This document shows positions 13,561 through 30,950 of a DNA stretch of 64,000 nt, piece after piece (the stretch's first letter is position 1; each line of letters begins with the position of its first letter). The position numbers and the translations under genes are program-made. Below the pieces are notes generated by a model. It saw nothing but the letters and a program-made list of their open reading frames with translations. It made no database searches and had not been told where the DNA came from. Location of the stretch: the NCBI RefSeq assembly GCF_009914755.1, contig NC_060938.1; one strand, given 5' to 3'. Source of the DNA: the human T2T-CHM13v2.0 reference genome, Homo sapiens.

Positions 13561-14157
13561 AGAAATTTATTCATCAGAAAGGGGGTAAAACTAGTTGATG
13601 TTTAGATTCAGTCTACTCTTTTTGGTGGTGTGTTTCCTACTTGTTTATACCAATTTACTCTCTGTCGTTTGGCTAAGAGGCAGAGAATGTCTTTGACCAT
13701 AAATTGATAAACAGGATTCATCTGTATATGTTATTATCAAAACATGCCTGTTACTTTTCCAAGAAGCTTTATTCTTATCTACTCCTAAAATATCTTTATG
13801 AAGTTAAAAGGACTTAACATAAGTATTTAGAAGGAAAAATGTTTTTTTTTTCTAGGAAGCATTATTTATATTTGGCACTTTTTTATTAGTGTCAAAAACA
13901 AGGTGATCACACTGCAGCTATAAGAAGATAGTGCTATGAAATGAATATGTGCAGATACATCAGAGTAACCAGGTTCATTGGTTTGTTCACTCATTTGTTT
14001 TTTACTCATTCATTAATTTATAAATATTTTTTCGGATACCTGGTAAGTGCTGGTCGCTCTGCTAGGTACTAGGAAGTTGATATATACTATAGTTTCTCTG
14101 ACCATTTACCTAAAAATCTGTTAATAGGCTCCATTTCTTCTAATCATCCAAGAAACA

Positions 14158-14912
14158 TTTTTTTAATTTTTAATTTTTGTTGGTACATAGTAGTTCTGTA
14201 TATTTATAGAGTACATGAGATATTTTGATACAGATACACAATGTGTAATAATCACATCAGGGTAATCATGCTTGAGGGTATGGATACCCCATCTTTTAGT
14301 TATTTTAAAATGTACAAAAAATTATTGTAAACTATACTCACCCTGTTGTGCTATTTAGCCCTATATTTTATTAATTCTATCTAATTATATTTTTGTAGCC
14401 ACTAACTATCCCACCCTCCCTCCATCCCGCTACACTCCCCAGCCTCTGGTCACCATCATTCTACTCTCTATTTCCATGAGTTCAATTATTTTAATTTTTA
14501 GCTCCCACAAACAACTGATAACATGCGAAGTTTGTATTTCTGCGTCTGGCTTACTTCACTTAACATAATGACCACCAGTTCCATTTATGTTGTCACAAAT
14601 GACAGGATCTCATTCTTTTTTATGGCTGAATATTACTCCGTTTTGTGTATATACCACATTTTCTTTGTCCATTCATGTGTTGATGGACACTTAGGGTGCT
14701 TCCAAATCTCGGCTGTTGTGACTAGGTCTCCAATAAATATGGGAGTGCAGATATCTCTTTGATTTACTGATGTCCTTTTTGTGGATGTATACCTAGCAGT
14801 GGGATTGCCAGATCATATTGTAACTCTATTTTTAGTGGTTTTAGGACCCTCCAAACTGTTCTCCATAGTGGTGGTAATAATTTACATTCTGTCAACAGTG
14901 TATGAGGGTTCT
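14158..14912 (-). mobile_element. L1MA 3' end
   Basis: Antisense L1MA 3' UTR, homologous to the 8128-8498 copy. Confidence 0.88.
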
Positions 14913-15879
14913 CTAGTAAACAATTATTACTTTGTTTTTTGTGATGTAACCTCTAAAGACAAGTATAAAAGAAACACTGGAAAATACTGATTTTTAACGC
15001 TGTATGCTAGCTATTCTAACAACTATATGTTAATAACTTAATATATAACTGTTAGTATATATAATAACAGCTGTATTATAACTATTAGGTATCCATAAAA
15101 ATATCATGCCTTTATGTACTTTAATATTAATATTGCTTTGAAACTGAATGCTGAGGTAGAATTTGTTTTTTCAGGTTTCTGTTTACTGTTAAGAGTTTTC
15201 TATATTTTCTTCCTTTTCCTTTTTTGGACTGTTGTTAATTTCCATATTGCTTTTTGAAAGGAGAAATAAGATATTGTTAAGGGGCCCAAAAATATACACT
15301 AACCACTGTTTTTTTCAAGAAAAAAAAGCCATTTTTTTCTCTTAGATAAATATTTTTTAGCTGGTTTTAATTTTAATGTGCATCATTGCTAGGTAGGCAA
15401 GAATGATCTTGAAAAAGAAAGCTTTTGTAATATTAAGCCAACAAAGACATTGCCTGCAGGATAAATGAATAGTTGAACATATTCACTGGTTACATGGTCA
15501 AGTTTTATCTTTAACTTATTTTAATATAAGATGGTTACTATGTTTCATATTAAGAGTGTACCCTTTTAACAGTACCTTATAAATAATTCTTAAGCCCAGG
15601 TAGGGTGAGTTAGAAGTATCTAGTTTTACAATTAGAAATATGAAATGAGAAATCAGTGCTCCTTTGTATGACTAAGCTCAAGCAGGATTTAAGGCAGGGA
15701 GGGGTCACCACTGATTGATCTTCAAATCTTACCATGTCTAAGACTGTTGCTGCTGCCATTTGTCTTTCTCTGGTTTTCTAGGATTCTTTGGCAAAATGTT
15801 AGCTCCTTTTCATCAATCTTCCCATCTGCAACTGATGATTTTCTCTAGCATTTCCCATAATCATCTCAAGATTGCAGAG

Positions 15880-16145
15880 AAATAGAAGAGATATTTCTAC
15901 ACTCATGTTTATAGCAGTGTTAGACACAATAACCAAAAGGTGGAAGCAACCCAAATGTCATCAGTAGATGAATGAATAAACAAAATGTGGTGTATAAATA
16001 TAATTGAATATTCAGCTTTTAAAAGGAAAAACATTCTGACACATATACAACACGATGACCTTGAGGATGTTATGCTAAGTGAAATAAGCCAGTCACAAAA
16101 AGACTAATAATGTATGATTCCATTTATATGTGGTACCTAGACTGC
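15880..16145 (+). mobile_element. L1MB-like 3' fragment
   Basis: AAAAGGTGGAAGCAACCCAAATGTC...ATGCTAAGTGAAATAAGCCAGTCACAAAAAGAC. Confidence 0.8.
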
Positions 16146-16191
16146 TTAGCAGATTAAGGGATCTTCAGGATTTGGAGTATAAGACACACTC

Positions 16192-16531
<340 letters not shown>

Positions 16532-16699
16532 CTAAGTCATCTACTCCACATGTCCAAAACTGGGAACTTAGGATCTTTTTCTCACACATTTATCCTTGCT
16601 CCTTCCATCCCAAGTTAGAAATATGGATGTCAACCCATACTGCTTTTTTCCCCCCTCTGAATACTATTGGAGACCAAGCCCTGCTGATTTTATATTCTT

Positions 16700-17002
<303 letters not shown>

Positions 17003-17054
17003 TATATTCTTCATTTTTAAAAAATCTGCCTTCTCTACATTACTGGTACAATTT

Positions 17055-18520
<1,466 letters not shown>

Positions 18521-19137
18521 TTGCCTTAGTTTAGGTCTTAGTCACAGTCACGTCCTAAATTATGACAGTTTACTTTGGTCTTTCGGCCTCTAGCTGCCTC
18601 CAACCCCTTCTCTATACCTCATCTTTTTCCTATTGTCTGTGATCAAAATGTTCTTTAAAATGAACACAGATGGTTTTCTTTCTATTTATGCTGTTTGTCA
18701 TTTGTTGAGATGCTTTTACCTGTTTTTTGATATTTTGTCAAATATGGTAAATTTTTGGCCATTAATTTTTCACGTACTGTCCTGCCCTCTCAGCCTACCC
18801 ATGGTACTGTATTTACATGTAAGTTCAACCAGTTAATACTGTTCCACAGATCAGCGAATCTTTGCTAATTTTATTTGTCTTTTTTCTTTCTGTGCCTCAG
18901 TGTGGATATTATTGTGTGCTTCAAGTTCATTATCTTTCTCGTGCCAAATCTGCTATTAATCCCATTATTAATAGTAATATGGAAATTGTGAATGTGATGC
19001 TGATGAATGCAGAACTCTATTGTCTTTCTGTAAAGAATGTTGAGCTTTCTTCTAGGAAGTAGTTTGAGTGAATTGTGGATCAGTACAACCCTTTTGACAC
19101 TTGTTAGAGTTTGTCCAGAGTTGTTTTTACTCTAGGG

Positions 19138-19767
<630 letters not shown>

Positions 19768-20589
19768 CTCTGGAGCTAGTTCAGCCTTACTACTAGGATG
19801 TAACCCTTCTGGAGTCTCTGTGCAGTGCTCTAGATATTCAATGAGGTCTCTCTCCTTTACCTTGTCAAAATGTCTCACAGTCTTATATGAGTACTGGGAA
19901 TTATTTAGATTAACATTCATGGTACTTTGTTTGTTCTTATGGAATTTACTCTATGTATGTGCAGCTTAATTTTCAGTCATAGTCTCAAGGGGAACCCTGT
20001 GTAGATTTCCTGAGCTCTTCTCTGCATAGCTCTTCCTCTTTAGCACTCTGCCCTGAAGAGTCCATCTCTTTCCTCCTCTTTAAACTCTGAACTCTGTCAC
20101 CCTAACTTAGTAAGACCTCTGTACTCTGCTTGGGGTTATCATTCCTTGTGGTGCATTCCAGAAAGTGCTTCCAGACAGACATCAGGGCGACCTTGTTCAT
20201 TTTCCTTTTCTCAGGGATCACAGTCTTAACACTAACTTTTGTCTGAGGTGTGACAGTAACTTTTTTGTATATTTTTCCAGTTTTTTCAGTGTTTACAGTA
20301 GGACAGATCTGGTACTAGTTATTCTGTTATAGCTGGAAGTCCAGGTACTTATTTTTTATGGTCATGAGGCTACATAGAAGCTCATTATATGAGGAAAATA
20401 AATGCTGTACTAATTTCTTCACATGATTTCAGGCAGCACTAGAGTGCTATATGATACATATTAGGCACTGTGCTAGCATAGGAGGATTAAAACCCAAATG
20501 GGATAGTGCCTTTGTCTTCAAAGATCTCATGACCTACAAGAGTGGACTGGTATATAAACAACACATTCCAAGTCAGTTTGTGATAAAGG

Positions 20590-20815
20590 CAGCATGAAAT
20601 TATATAAAGGCCATAGACTTTGAAATCAGATAGGCTTTGGTTAAATCCCAACTCCATGACTTACTATTGTATTATGCAACCTCTCACATCTTTAGTTTTC
20701 CAACTGCAGAATGGAGATAATAGTACGTTATAGGACTTCTGAGAAGGTTAAATTAAAATTCTTTTATAAAGCACTTGACTTGGCATATCATAGAGGTTCA
20801 TTAAGTATTAGGTTT
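20590..20815 (+). mobile_element. MIR
   Basis: AGACTTTGAAATCAGATAGG...CTGCAGAATGGAGATAATAGTAC MIR core. Confidence 0.7.
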
Positions 20816-22600
20816 ATTTCCCGTTAGAATACACATAGGATAGAGGAGCAGTTAATTTTTATTATTACTATAGAAATCTTCAGGGAGGAAATGATATTTA
20901 AATTGTGCCTTGAAGGTGGAGTAGGGTTTTGATATGTGTTAGATGGGTTCCAAGGACATTCTACTTTTAAGGAACTAAATGAGCAAGGGCTCAAAGGTGT
21001 AAAACGTGGGGAAGGCTGTAAATACACTTATGAATGTCAGCATAGTCCAGAACCTTAGGAAAAGCAATTTAGGTCTTAAAAACAAACAAACAAACAAAAA
21101 GACAACAAAAAACTAGTAGTAGGAATGTAAAAATGAAGAAAAAAAGAACAAACAGAAAGTCTAACCCCATAGTAAAAGTATACTTCCTTAGGCCATTCCT
21201 ATTTATTGCCATGACTAATAAATTTGGGAATGCCTGTGGAAAATTCCTGTGGGCTGATCTTTTCTTAACCACTATTCAAGACTGCTTTACGTTGATAGTC
21301 TAAGCCGATCATTTCATTAATATTAAACTCCAGAGCTCATTCCCGAGTTTCCAAGAATTTGCTGAATTGCTTTTCTCTGTTATCTGCTTCTTTGGGTAAC
21401 TTCCATATTTTTCTTTCTTGCCCTGTAAAAATTGATTTCCTAGGTTTTCCAAGTGATTGATAATGTGACAGTACTATAAAGACTTTTCTTAGACTCTGGT
21501 ATGTTCGCATTTAGTACAAATACTGTCAAGGGTTTTATAAAGTGTATAACTAATATACTTTCTACATATCTTTTACTAGGGAATTCTAAACTTAAGTATT
21601 TTATTTCATTGAGGTTAAAATATGTCCTGTTAAGATTTTTTTTCTCTTTTAAATTATTAGTGTTTTGCATTGTTAAAAATCAGCTGGCTTCTTGGATTGA
21701 GTTTACTTCACTTTTCCAGTGGGTAACTTTTATCTGACCTTTAGGTCTGTAATTGTTTGGTTTGTTTTCTGAAGCTATGGAATGTTTTGGAAAAAATAAG
21801 CCTCATGGAGAAGGGCTATTATCCCTGAAAATGATGAGACCGGAAATGAGAAAAGCAAAAATCAGATATCACCCTTGACCATGTGGATTTCAGTTTTTAA
21901 AAAGTCTTTATCCTCTGTCTCTGAGAACCATTATTTGGAAGTCTGTTTCTCTGCCTCTCTGTGATAAGTTCTCACCAAAGATCCTCTTGTGTTTTTATTA
22001 GAATTACATCGAATTCATAAATTGGGGAGAATTTATGTATTTATAATATTGAATCTTTTCATTTATGAAAATGGTTTATTTCTCTATTTAGGTATTCTAT
22101 AATATTATAGACTTTTGTCCTCAAAGATCTTACAAATCATAATTTGGTTAGATTTATTCATGGGTTTTTAATAGTTTTTAAAAAATGGGATCTGTTTTTA
22201 TTATGTAATCCAATCAGTTCTTGGATCAGAAAATTGATTTTTATATTTAAAGTCCAGCAAAACTGCTTTGCATGCTTATTAAAATGGCTTGCAAACTATC
22301 GTATATTTTCTATGGAATCATATATGCAGTAGCAGTTTTTCTTCTATTCCAAACCTCATACTTCTTTATTCTTGAATAGAAGTGTCATAGTGGGATTTTT
22401 TCTTATTCCTGATTTCCGGAGACTCCAATATATCATTTTTCATTTTAGAAAGTTTATTTTTCTTGCTATATTGGTGGAAGCTTTTTTCTTAAGTGATGAA
22501 TCAATGTAAAATTTTATACTTTTTTATTTTGGAAATTTCTAGTTTATTAGGGTCCTCTTTTAATGGACAAGGCAGTAGAGACTCAAAAAGGTAATGGAGT

Positions 22601-25002
22601 TTATTTATTTATTTATTTATTTGATTTTCAACTTTTAAGCTCAGGGGTGCATGTGCAGGATGTGCAGGTTTGTTGCATAGGCAAATGTATGCCATGGTGG
22701 TTTGCTGCATAGATCATCTCATTACCTAGGTATTAAGCCCAGCATCTGTTAGCTATTCTTCCTGATGCTCTCCCTCTTCCCATCCCCCACCATCCAAGGC
22801 CCCACTATGTATTGTTCCCCTCCATGTGTCCCTGTGTTCTCATCATCCAGCTCCTACTTACAAGCGAGAACATGTGGCGTTTGGTTTTCTGTTCCTACAT
22901 TAGTTTGCCGAGGATAATGGCCTCCAGTTCCATCCGTGTCCCTGCAAAGGACATGGTCTCAATTTTTTTATGGCTGCATAGTATTCCATGGTGTATACGT
23001 ACCACATTTTCTTAATCCAGTCTATCACTGATGGACATTTAGGTTGATTCCATGTCTTTGCTATTGTGTATAGTGGTGCAGTGATCATATGTATGTATGT
23101 ATCTTTATAACAGAATGATTTATATTCCTTTGGGTATATAAGCAGTAATGGGATTGCTGGGTCAAATGGTATTTCTGCCTCTAGGTCTTTGAGGAATCGC
23201 CATACTGTGTTCTACAATGGCTGAACTAATTTACACTCCCACCAACAGTGTAAAAGTGTTCCTTTTTCTCTGCAACCTTGCCAGCATCTGTTGTTTTTTG
23301 ACTTTTTAATAATAGTCATTCTGACTGATGTGAGCCATTGTGGTTTTGATTTGCATTTCTCCAATGATCAATGATGTGGAGCTTTTTGTTATATATTTGT
23401 TAGCTGCATGTATATCTTCTTTTGAGAAGTGTCTGTTCATGTCCTTTGCCTACTTTTTAATGTTTTTTTTTCCTTGTAAATTTGTTTAAGTTCCTTGTAG
23501 ATGCTGGATGTTAGACCTTTGTCAGACAGATATATTGCAAAAATTTTCTGCCATTCTGTTAGAAACTATAATCAGCTTGATGATAGTTTCTTTTGCTGTG
23601 CAGAAGCTCTTCAATTAGATCTCATTTGTCAAGTTTTGCTTTTGTTGCAATTGCTTTTGGCATCTTCATCATGAAATCTTTGCCTGTGCCTATCTGCTGA
23701 ATGGTATTGCCAAGATTTTCTTCTTGGGTTTTTATAGTCAGGGTTTTACATTTAAGTCTTTAATTAATCTCGAGTTGATTTTTGTATATGGTGTAAGGAA
23801 GGAGTCCAGTTTCAATTTTCTGCATGTGGCTAGCCAGTTCTCCCAGCACCACCTATTAAATAGGGACTCCTTTTCCCATTGCTTGTTTTTGTCAGATTTC
23901 TTGAAGATCAGATGGTTATAGGTGTGTGGTCTTATTCCTGGGTTCTCTATTCTGTTCCATTGGTCTATATGTCTGTTCTTGTACCAGTACCATGCTGTTT
24001 TAGTTACTGTTGCCTTATAATATAGTTTGAAGTCAGGTAGTGTGATGTCTCTAGCTTTGTTCTTTTTGCTTAGGATTGTCTTGGGTATTCAGGCTCTTTT
24101 TTGGTTCCATATGAATTTTTAAATAGTGTTTTCTAATTCTGTGAAGGATGTCAATGGTAGTTTAACGGGAACAGCATTGAATCTGTAAATTGCTTTGGAC
24201 AGTATGGTCATTTACATGATATTGATTCTTCCTATCCATGAGCATGGGATATGTTTCCATTTGTTTGTGTCATCTGTGATTTCTTTGAGCAGTGCTTTAT
24301 AGTTCTCCTTGAAGAGGTCCTTCACTTCCCTTGTTAGCCTGGGTATTTTATTTTCTTTGTAGCAATTGTGAATGGGAGTTCATTCATGATTTGGCTCTTG
24401 GATTGCCTGTTTGTGTATAGGAATACTAGCAATTTTTGCACATTGATTTTTATATCCTGAGACTTTGCTGAAGTTGCTTATCAGCGTAAGAAGCTTTTGG
24501 GTTGAGAGGATGGTGTTTTCTAGGTATAGGATCATGCCATTTGCAAACAAAGATAGTTTGACTTCCTCTCTTCCTATTCGAATATCCTTTATTTCTTTCT
24601 CTTGCCTGTTTCCCTGGCCAGAACTTCCAGTACTACATTGAATAGGAAAGGTGAGAGAGGGCATCCTTGTCTTGTGGCAGTTTTCAAGGGGAATGCTTCC
24701 AGCTTTTGCCCATTCAGTATGATATTGGCTGTGGGTTTGTCATACATGGCTTTTATTATTTTGAGGTATGTTTCTTCAATACCTAGTTTATTGAGAGTTT
24801 AAACATGAAAGGATGTTGAATTTTATTGAAGGCCTTTTCTGCATCTGTTGAGATAATCGTGGTTTTTTTCTAGTTCTATTTATGTGATGAATTACATTTA
24901 TTGATTTGCATATGTTGAACCAACTTTGCATCCCACGGATGAAGCCTACTTGATTGTGGTGGATAAACTTTTTGATGTGCTGCTGGATTGAGTTTGCCAG
25001 TA
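22601..25002 (-). mobile_element. 5'-truncated L1PA (L1PA8-like), ~2.4 kb
   Basis: (TTTA)n tail, L1PA 3' UTR, ORF2 fragments ([31 protein letters not shown]; LYTIAKTWNQPKCPSVIDWIKKMW). Confidence 0.95.
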
Positions 25003-25152
25003 AAATTTTGTAATTTTTAATATCTACTAAGATAAATCATATGGCTTTTTTATCCCATTAATGTGGTAGATTATGTTAATGGCTTTTGTAGTGTTAAATC
25101 ATCCTTGCATTGCCAAATAAACTATACTTAGTTATTTAAAAAGAATATATTG

Positions 25153-25548
<396 letters not shown>

Positions 25549-26113
25549 TCATTTTCTATTCTCTGGAAAAATTTTTATAACATAGGATTTTCTCATCATG
25601 AAGATATGGTAAAACTTATTTCCACATCCTCCATACTTGATGGAGTTTCTAAGTAGGAGGGCTTTTAAAAATAATTTATAAATTGAAATATAATGTATTT
25701 ATGGGAAAATTGCACAAATGATAAATGTAGCTGTAGCTCAATGAATTTTCACAAACTGAACAATCTCATGTAACCAGAATCCAGATGAAGAAACAAAAAA
25801 TTACCAATGTCCCAGAAGCCCCCACTGTGTGCCCTTTCAGCCACTGCCTTTTCTGAGGGTGACCACCTACTCCAGTTTCTAAACTGTGTATTTTAGGGGG
25901 GTTTGGTTCGTTTTTGAACTGTATACAGATGAAATTATACAGAATGCTTTTTTTTTGGTATATGGCCTTTTTCACTCTGTAGTGTATTTGTGAGATTCAT
26001 CATGTTGTATTGTGTAGTTGTGGTTCATTCTGTTTGCTGTGCAGTATACTATTTTGTGATTATTCATACAATAGAACATATTACATATTTATGTATCCAT
26101 TCTACCATTCTAC

Positions 26114-26127
<14 letters not shown>

Positions 26128-26144
<17 letters not shown>

Positions 26145-26433
26145 TTTTTTTTTTGAGACAGTGTCTCTCTCTGTTGCCCAGGCTGGAGTGCAATGGCAGA
26201 TCTCAGCTCACTGCAACCTCCGCATCCCACGTTCAAACAATTCTCCTGCCTCAGGCTCCTGGGCAGCTGGGATTACAGGTGCATGCCACCACGCCCAGCT
26301 AATTTTTGTATTTTTAATTGAGGTGGGGTTTCACCATGTTAGTCAGGCTGATCTCGAACTCCTGACTTCATGATCTGCCTGCCTCGACCTCCCAAAGTGC
26401 TGGGATTACAGGCGTGAGCCACCATGCCTGGCC
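26128..26433 (-). mobile_element. AluS
   Basis: TSD CATTCTACTG at 26106-26115 and 26434-26443; (TG)n plus poly-T tail. Confidence 0.94.
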
Positions 26434-26821
26434 CATTCTACTGATAATGGAGTTTTGCATGCCTTCTAGTTTTAGCCTAGTGTAAATAGGGCTGCTATGG
26501 ACATTTTGGTGGACTTATTTGCACATTTCTTTCAACCTAGGAGTTGAATTATTGGGTCATCAGTTATGCATGTATTTAGCTTAGTGATGTTGCCAAACAG
26601 TTAAGTTGTTGAACTAATTTATATTCTTACCAGCAGTGTTGGAGTACTGGTTGCTGCACATTCTTGTTGGGCTTCGTATTTAACTACTATATTTTAGCTA
26701 CTCTAGTGGGTATATTGAATAACATGTAGTATGCTGTTAACTTGCCTTTCTTTGATGATTAAGCACATTAAACACTTTTTTCATATACTTATTGGTCATT
26801 TGTATAATTTTGGTGAAGTGA

Positions 26822-27259
26822 TGTATTGCTTCTCGACATGCTATAAAGAAATACCTAATACTGGGTAATTTATAAAGAAAAGAAGTTTAACTGGCTTATG
26901 GTTCCATAGGCTGTACAGGAAGCATAACGGCTTCTGGGGAGGCCTCAAGAAACTTTGAATCATGGCAAAAGACAAAGGGGAAGCAGGTGCATCTTACATG
27001 GCAGGTGGAAGAGAGAGAGGAGGGATGTGCTCTACACTTTTAGCAGGAGGAAGAGAGAGAGGAAGGAGGTGATAACACTTTTAAACAACCAGGTGTCGTG
27101 AGAACTCTATGAGGAGAACAGCACCAAAGTGATGGTGCTAAACCATTTATGAAGGATCCACCTCCATGATTCAAACACCTTCCACCAGGCCCCACCTCCA
27201 ACATTGGGGATTATACTTGAACGTAAGATTTGGGTGGGACACAGATCCAAACCATACCA
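26822..27259 (-). mobile_element. MST (MSTA/MSTB) MaLR solo LTR with internal ~42-bp duplication
   Basis: TGTATT...CCAAACCATACCA; 5-bp flanks AGTGA/AGTGC. Confidence 0.88.
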
Positions 27260-27944
27260 AGTGCCTACTCAAGTTTTTGTCCATTTGAGTTGTCTGCCTT
27301 TTTCTTAATGACATGCAGAAGTTCTTTATATATTATAAATACCAATTCTTTGTTGATTTTATGTACTACAACTAGCTTCTCTATGGGTATATTTTTATTA
27401 GTTACTCAGTTTTTAAATAGTTATCCAAACTTTCTATTTCCTTTTGAGATCTTTTTAATAACATTTTTCCAGAAAGTTGTTGATTTATCTTAATTTTTAA
27501 ACCTACTGATAAAAAGTTGTTTAATCTATTTTTGGTATCCTTTCAATTATTCTAGAAAATTATTAGTTGCTATCGCTTTAAATATTGCATATACAAGTAT
27601 ATATGAGGATGTGTGTGTATTTTTAATATAACTGGTAGCATACTTTACATACTGTTTTGTACCTTATTTTCTTCACTTAATATTTCTTGGAAATCCTTGC
27701 ATTTCATTATATAAGGAGTGCATCATTTAAAAAATACTTTCATAGTATTTAATAATATTATGTGATAATATATTTACCCAATTTTTTATTGATAGGAATT
27801 TGAATTACTGCTAGTCTTTTGCTGTACCAAGCAAAGCTGAAATTAGGATAAATACATAAAGTGGAATTTCTGGTCTTATAAACTCCTGGGCTGATGATAG
27901 AGTATTAACTTTTATGTTTATGTTCCATTTTTAATGTTTTAAGT

Positions 27945-28830
27945 CTTTTAGAAATTGAGATATAAATGACATGCAATAAAATTCACCATTTTAAAGTGTA
28001 CAGTTCAGTGGTTTTTACTTTATTCATGGAGTTGTGCGATCACTACCAGTATATAACTCCAGAACATTTTCATCATCCCAGAAAAAACCCTTAGTAGTCA
28101 CTCCAGATTCCTGCTTTCCCCCAGCTCCTGGCACCCTCTAATCTATTAGTTTTCTGTCACTGTGTATTCGTCTATTCTGGACCTTTCATATAAATATAGC
28201 TATACAAATGTGATCTTTTGTGCTTGGTTTCTTTTACTTAGTATAATGTTTTCAAGGCTCATCTATATTACAACATGTATTTATGCTTATTTTCTTTTAT
28301 GTATGGTCAAATAATATTTCAGTGTATGGATATACCACATTTTATTTGATGGTTATTTGACTCAGTTTTACTTTTTGTCTATTATCAATAGTGCTGCTAT
28401 GAATACTTGTATCTACGTTTTGTTTGGACATGTGCTTTTAATTCTCTTGACTCTATATCTGGGAGTAGAATTGCTGGGTTCTATAGTAATCCTATGTTTA
28501 ACTATTTGAGGAACTGCCGAACTGTTTTTCTCAGTAGCTGCACCATTAGCACTGTGTGAGGTTCCAATTTCTTCACACTTTTATCAACGCTTTTTATTTT
28601 CCTTACAAATTAAAAAAAAAATTATACCTGCTATTCTAACGAGTATGAAGTGGTATATCATGGTTTTGATTTTCATTTTCCTAATGTCTAATGATGTTGA
28701 GCAGATTTTCATGTGCTGATTGGATATTTACATCTCTTCTTTGGCAAACTGTCTTTTCAGAGCCTTTGCCTCTTGTTTAATTGGGTAATTTGTCTTTTTA
28801 TTGTTGAGTTGTAAGAGTTCTTTATAGAGA
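27945..28830 (-). mobile_element. L1MB/MC 3' end
   Basis: AATTGAGATATAA...TTTTAAAGTGTACAGTTCAGTGGTTTTTA. Confidence 0.8.
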
Positions 28831-28849
28831 TACTTATATTATGTGTGTT

Positions 28850-29650
28850 GATAAAGGGCAAATATCTCCATATGAAGTGTTCCTTTATGTTAATGAGAGT
28901 AAAAATGCTAACTTCCAAATAGAAAAATGGCCAAATAATACAAAAAGGAATTCACAGGGAAGAAAAACAAGTAGCTAATAGTAAAAAAATAAAGAAAAAG
29001 CAAATTACATTACTGAAATAAATGCAAATTGGAATGATGACTTTTTTGCGTATTATATTTTTAAAAATATGATTTTTTTTGTGGGTGAGTATGGGGTGAA
29101 ACTCTCAGGTAACATAGGAAATGTAAATTGATTACCTTTGTAGAGGATATTTGGCAACATTATAAAATTATATAGAATATGTCTATATAATTTGAATCAG
29201 TAGTTTTACTTCTTGGAATTTTTTCTGAGAAAATAATCATTATTTTGCATATAGATTACATACAGTGATACTCATGCCAGTATCATCTTTAATGGCATAA
29301 ATTTATAATCAGCAAGAGGATGGTTAATTACATATAGTACAATATTTTACCATTGTTAAAATTTATATTTTAAAATATAGACAAATTGATCTTCATATAA
29401 TGTTAATGTTAAGTGAAAAGTAGTAAGATACAAAGCTGTGTAAAATGTATGATAACAATTCATAAAAAGCAACATTCACCCACACAAAAACCTCCACCAC
29501 CACACACACACAGAAATAAGAGTGAAAATAAACATTCCATCATATTGACAGTGATTACCTTCGGGCGGTGTAATTAAGGTTGATATTTATTTTCTCCTTT
29601 ATGTAGTTCTGAATTTCCCAGATTTTTAAGATTAAATATGTATTGCTCTC
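28850..29650 (+). mobile_element. L1ME remnant
   Basis: Highly degenerate sense L1ME 3' region. Confidence 0.5.
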
Positions 29651-30339
29651 TAACTAGGGAAAGAAGTAAAATAATTATAAATAAGATAGATTAAATGGAT
29701 TATTATGGTGCAGTGAGACCTTTTCCCATTGGCCCTGGGATTTTCTTCCTTTGGTTTATGAGTTTAAAGTGTTGACAGTTGTGAACTAGTTTGCTAAGTG
29801 ATAGGAAGCAGTGTTGAAATGAAATACTTTAAATCCTGAAGATTTATGAGGAAGAAAATACTTGGGCAAATAGTGTCAATGAGTCCTGATACGTATTGCT
29901 AACTTGTCACTAGTTCACTTTACATCTGTGTAGTGATAACTTTGTTTTTTCCTCCCTCATTGATTATAGTCTCTCATCCCACCATTTGCCAAGGCCGTGT
30001 AAATAGTTTGCTGTCGTAGAGATACGCAGCAGGCCCATTTGAGTAGTTCTCTTTCACTCTGATCTCCTTAGAAACCTATCACTTTTACCTTTAAATGATA
30101 CATTTTTAAAAAACTATTGTTGTTGTTGAATGGGATTTCCCTAAATAAGAAGAGCCATCTCCCTAGTTTCAGGATTGTGGCTTCTTTAATTGTAATGGAG
30201 TTTTAATATTATATCTACGGTGGAAATCAGAGTCAATTCAATCTTATTTTGCATCCCCTGTATGCTATCATACTGATTAGGGGTGTAACAAAGAATGGAC
30301 TGTGATTTTTGCCATTTTGTGGTTTTCACTGGAGATTTT

Positions 30340-30950
30340 ATAGTACAGAGGGAGAGAATGGCATAGTAAATAAAAGAATGAGCTTAGAAGTGAGACTTTG
30401 TGGGTTTAAATACCTGCTCTCTAATTTATCAGTTTGTATTTAACTTCTCAATATCCTTATCTGTAAAGTAGAAATAACAGCACTATCATTCATCACTTTC
30501 TATTTCCTTATCTTTTTGCCTTTTCTTCATGGAAGTTTTCACTTCCAAGACATTATGTTTTTCTTCATTTATTTACAGTAATGTAAAATCCTGGAATACA
30601 TGTACCTTTTTGGTTCACTCATGTATTTTTAGTGTCTAGTGTAGGGTTTGCTACATAATAGCTCCTAATATTCGTTCCTTCTACTGGGAACTTCTTCCAA
30701 CATGAATATCCATATAGCTTATCCCCATGCTTTATTTAGTTCCCTGCTCAAGCATCACCTCACTAGAGAGAACTTGCTAGACGACCTCTTCTATAAAATA
30801 GCACCCTTTAGTTTTCTCTATTTTTTCCTGCTTTATTTTTCTTCATAATACTTTACTGACTGCTAAGTAGTAACATCAATTTATTTTTATATTTTCGAGT
30901 GCCTTGCAAAAATTAGGGTCTTCATAAATGTTTGTTTAACTGAAATTAAT
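30340..30950. mobile_element. MIR and L2 fragments
   Basis: MIR core (CTTATCTGTAAAGTAG) followed by L2 3'-end motifs. Confidence 0.5.

Larger units (their letters stand above)
25660..27380 (-). mobile_element. Old L1ME/MC 3' region interrupted by Alu and MST LTR
   Basis: GCTCAATGAATTTTCACAAACTGAACA...CCAGAAGCCCCC antisense L1ME 3' end. Confidence 0.65.

Noticed and set aside
15016-15055. AT-rich imperfect inverted repeat
   Set aside because: 15/18 match in low-complexity AT sequence; plausible by chance.
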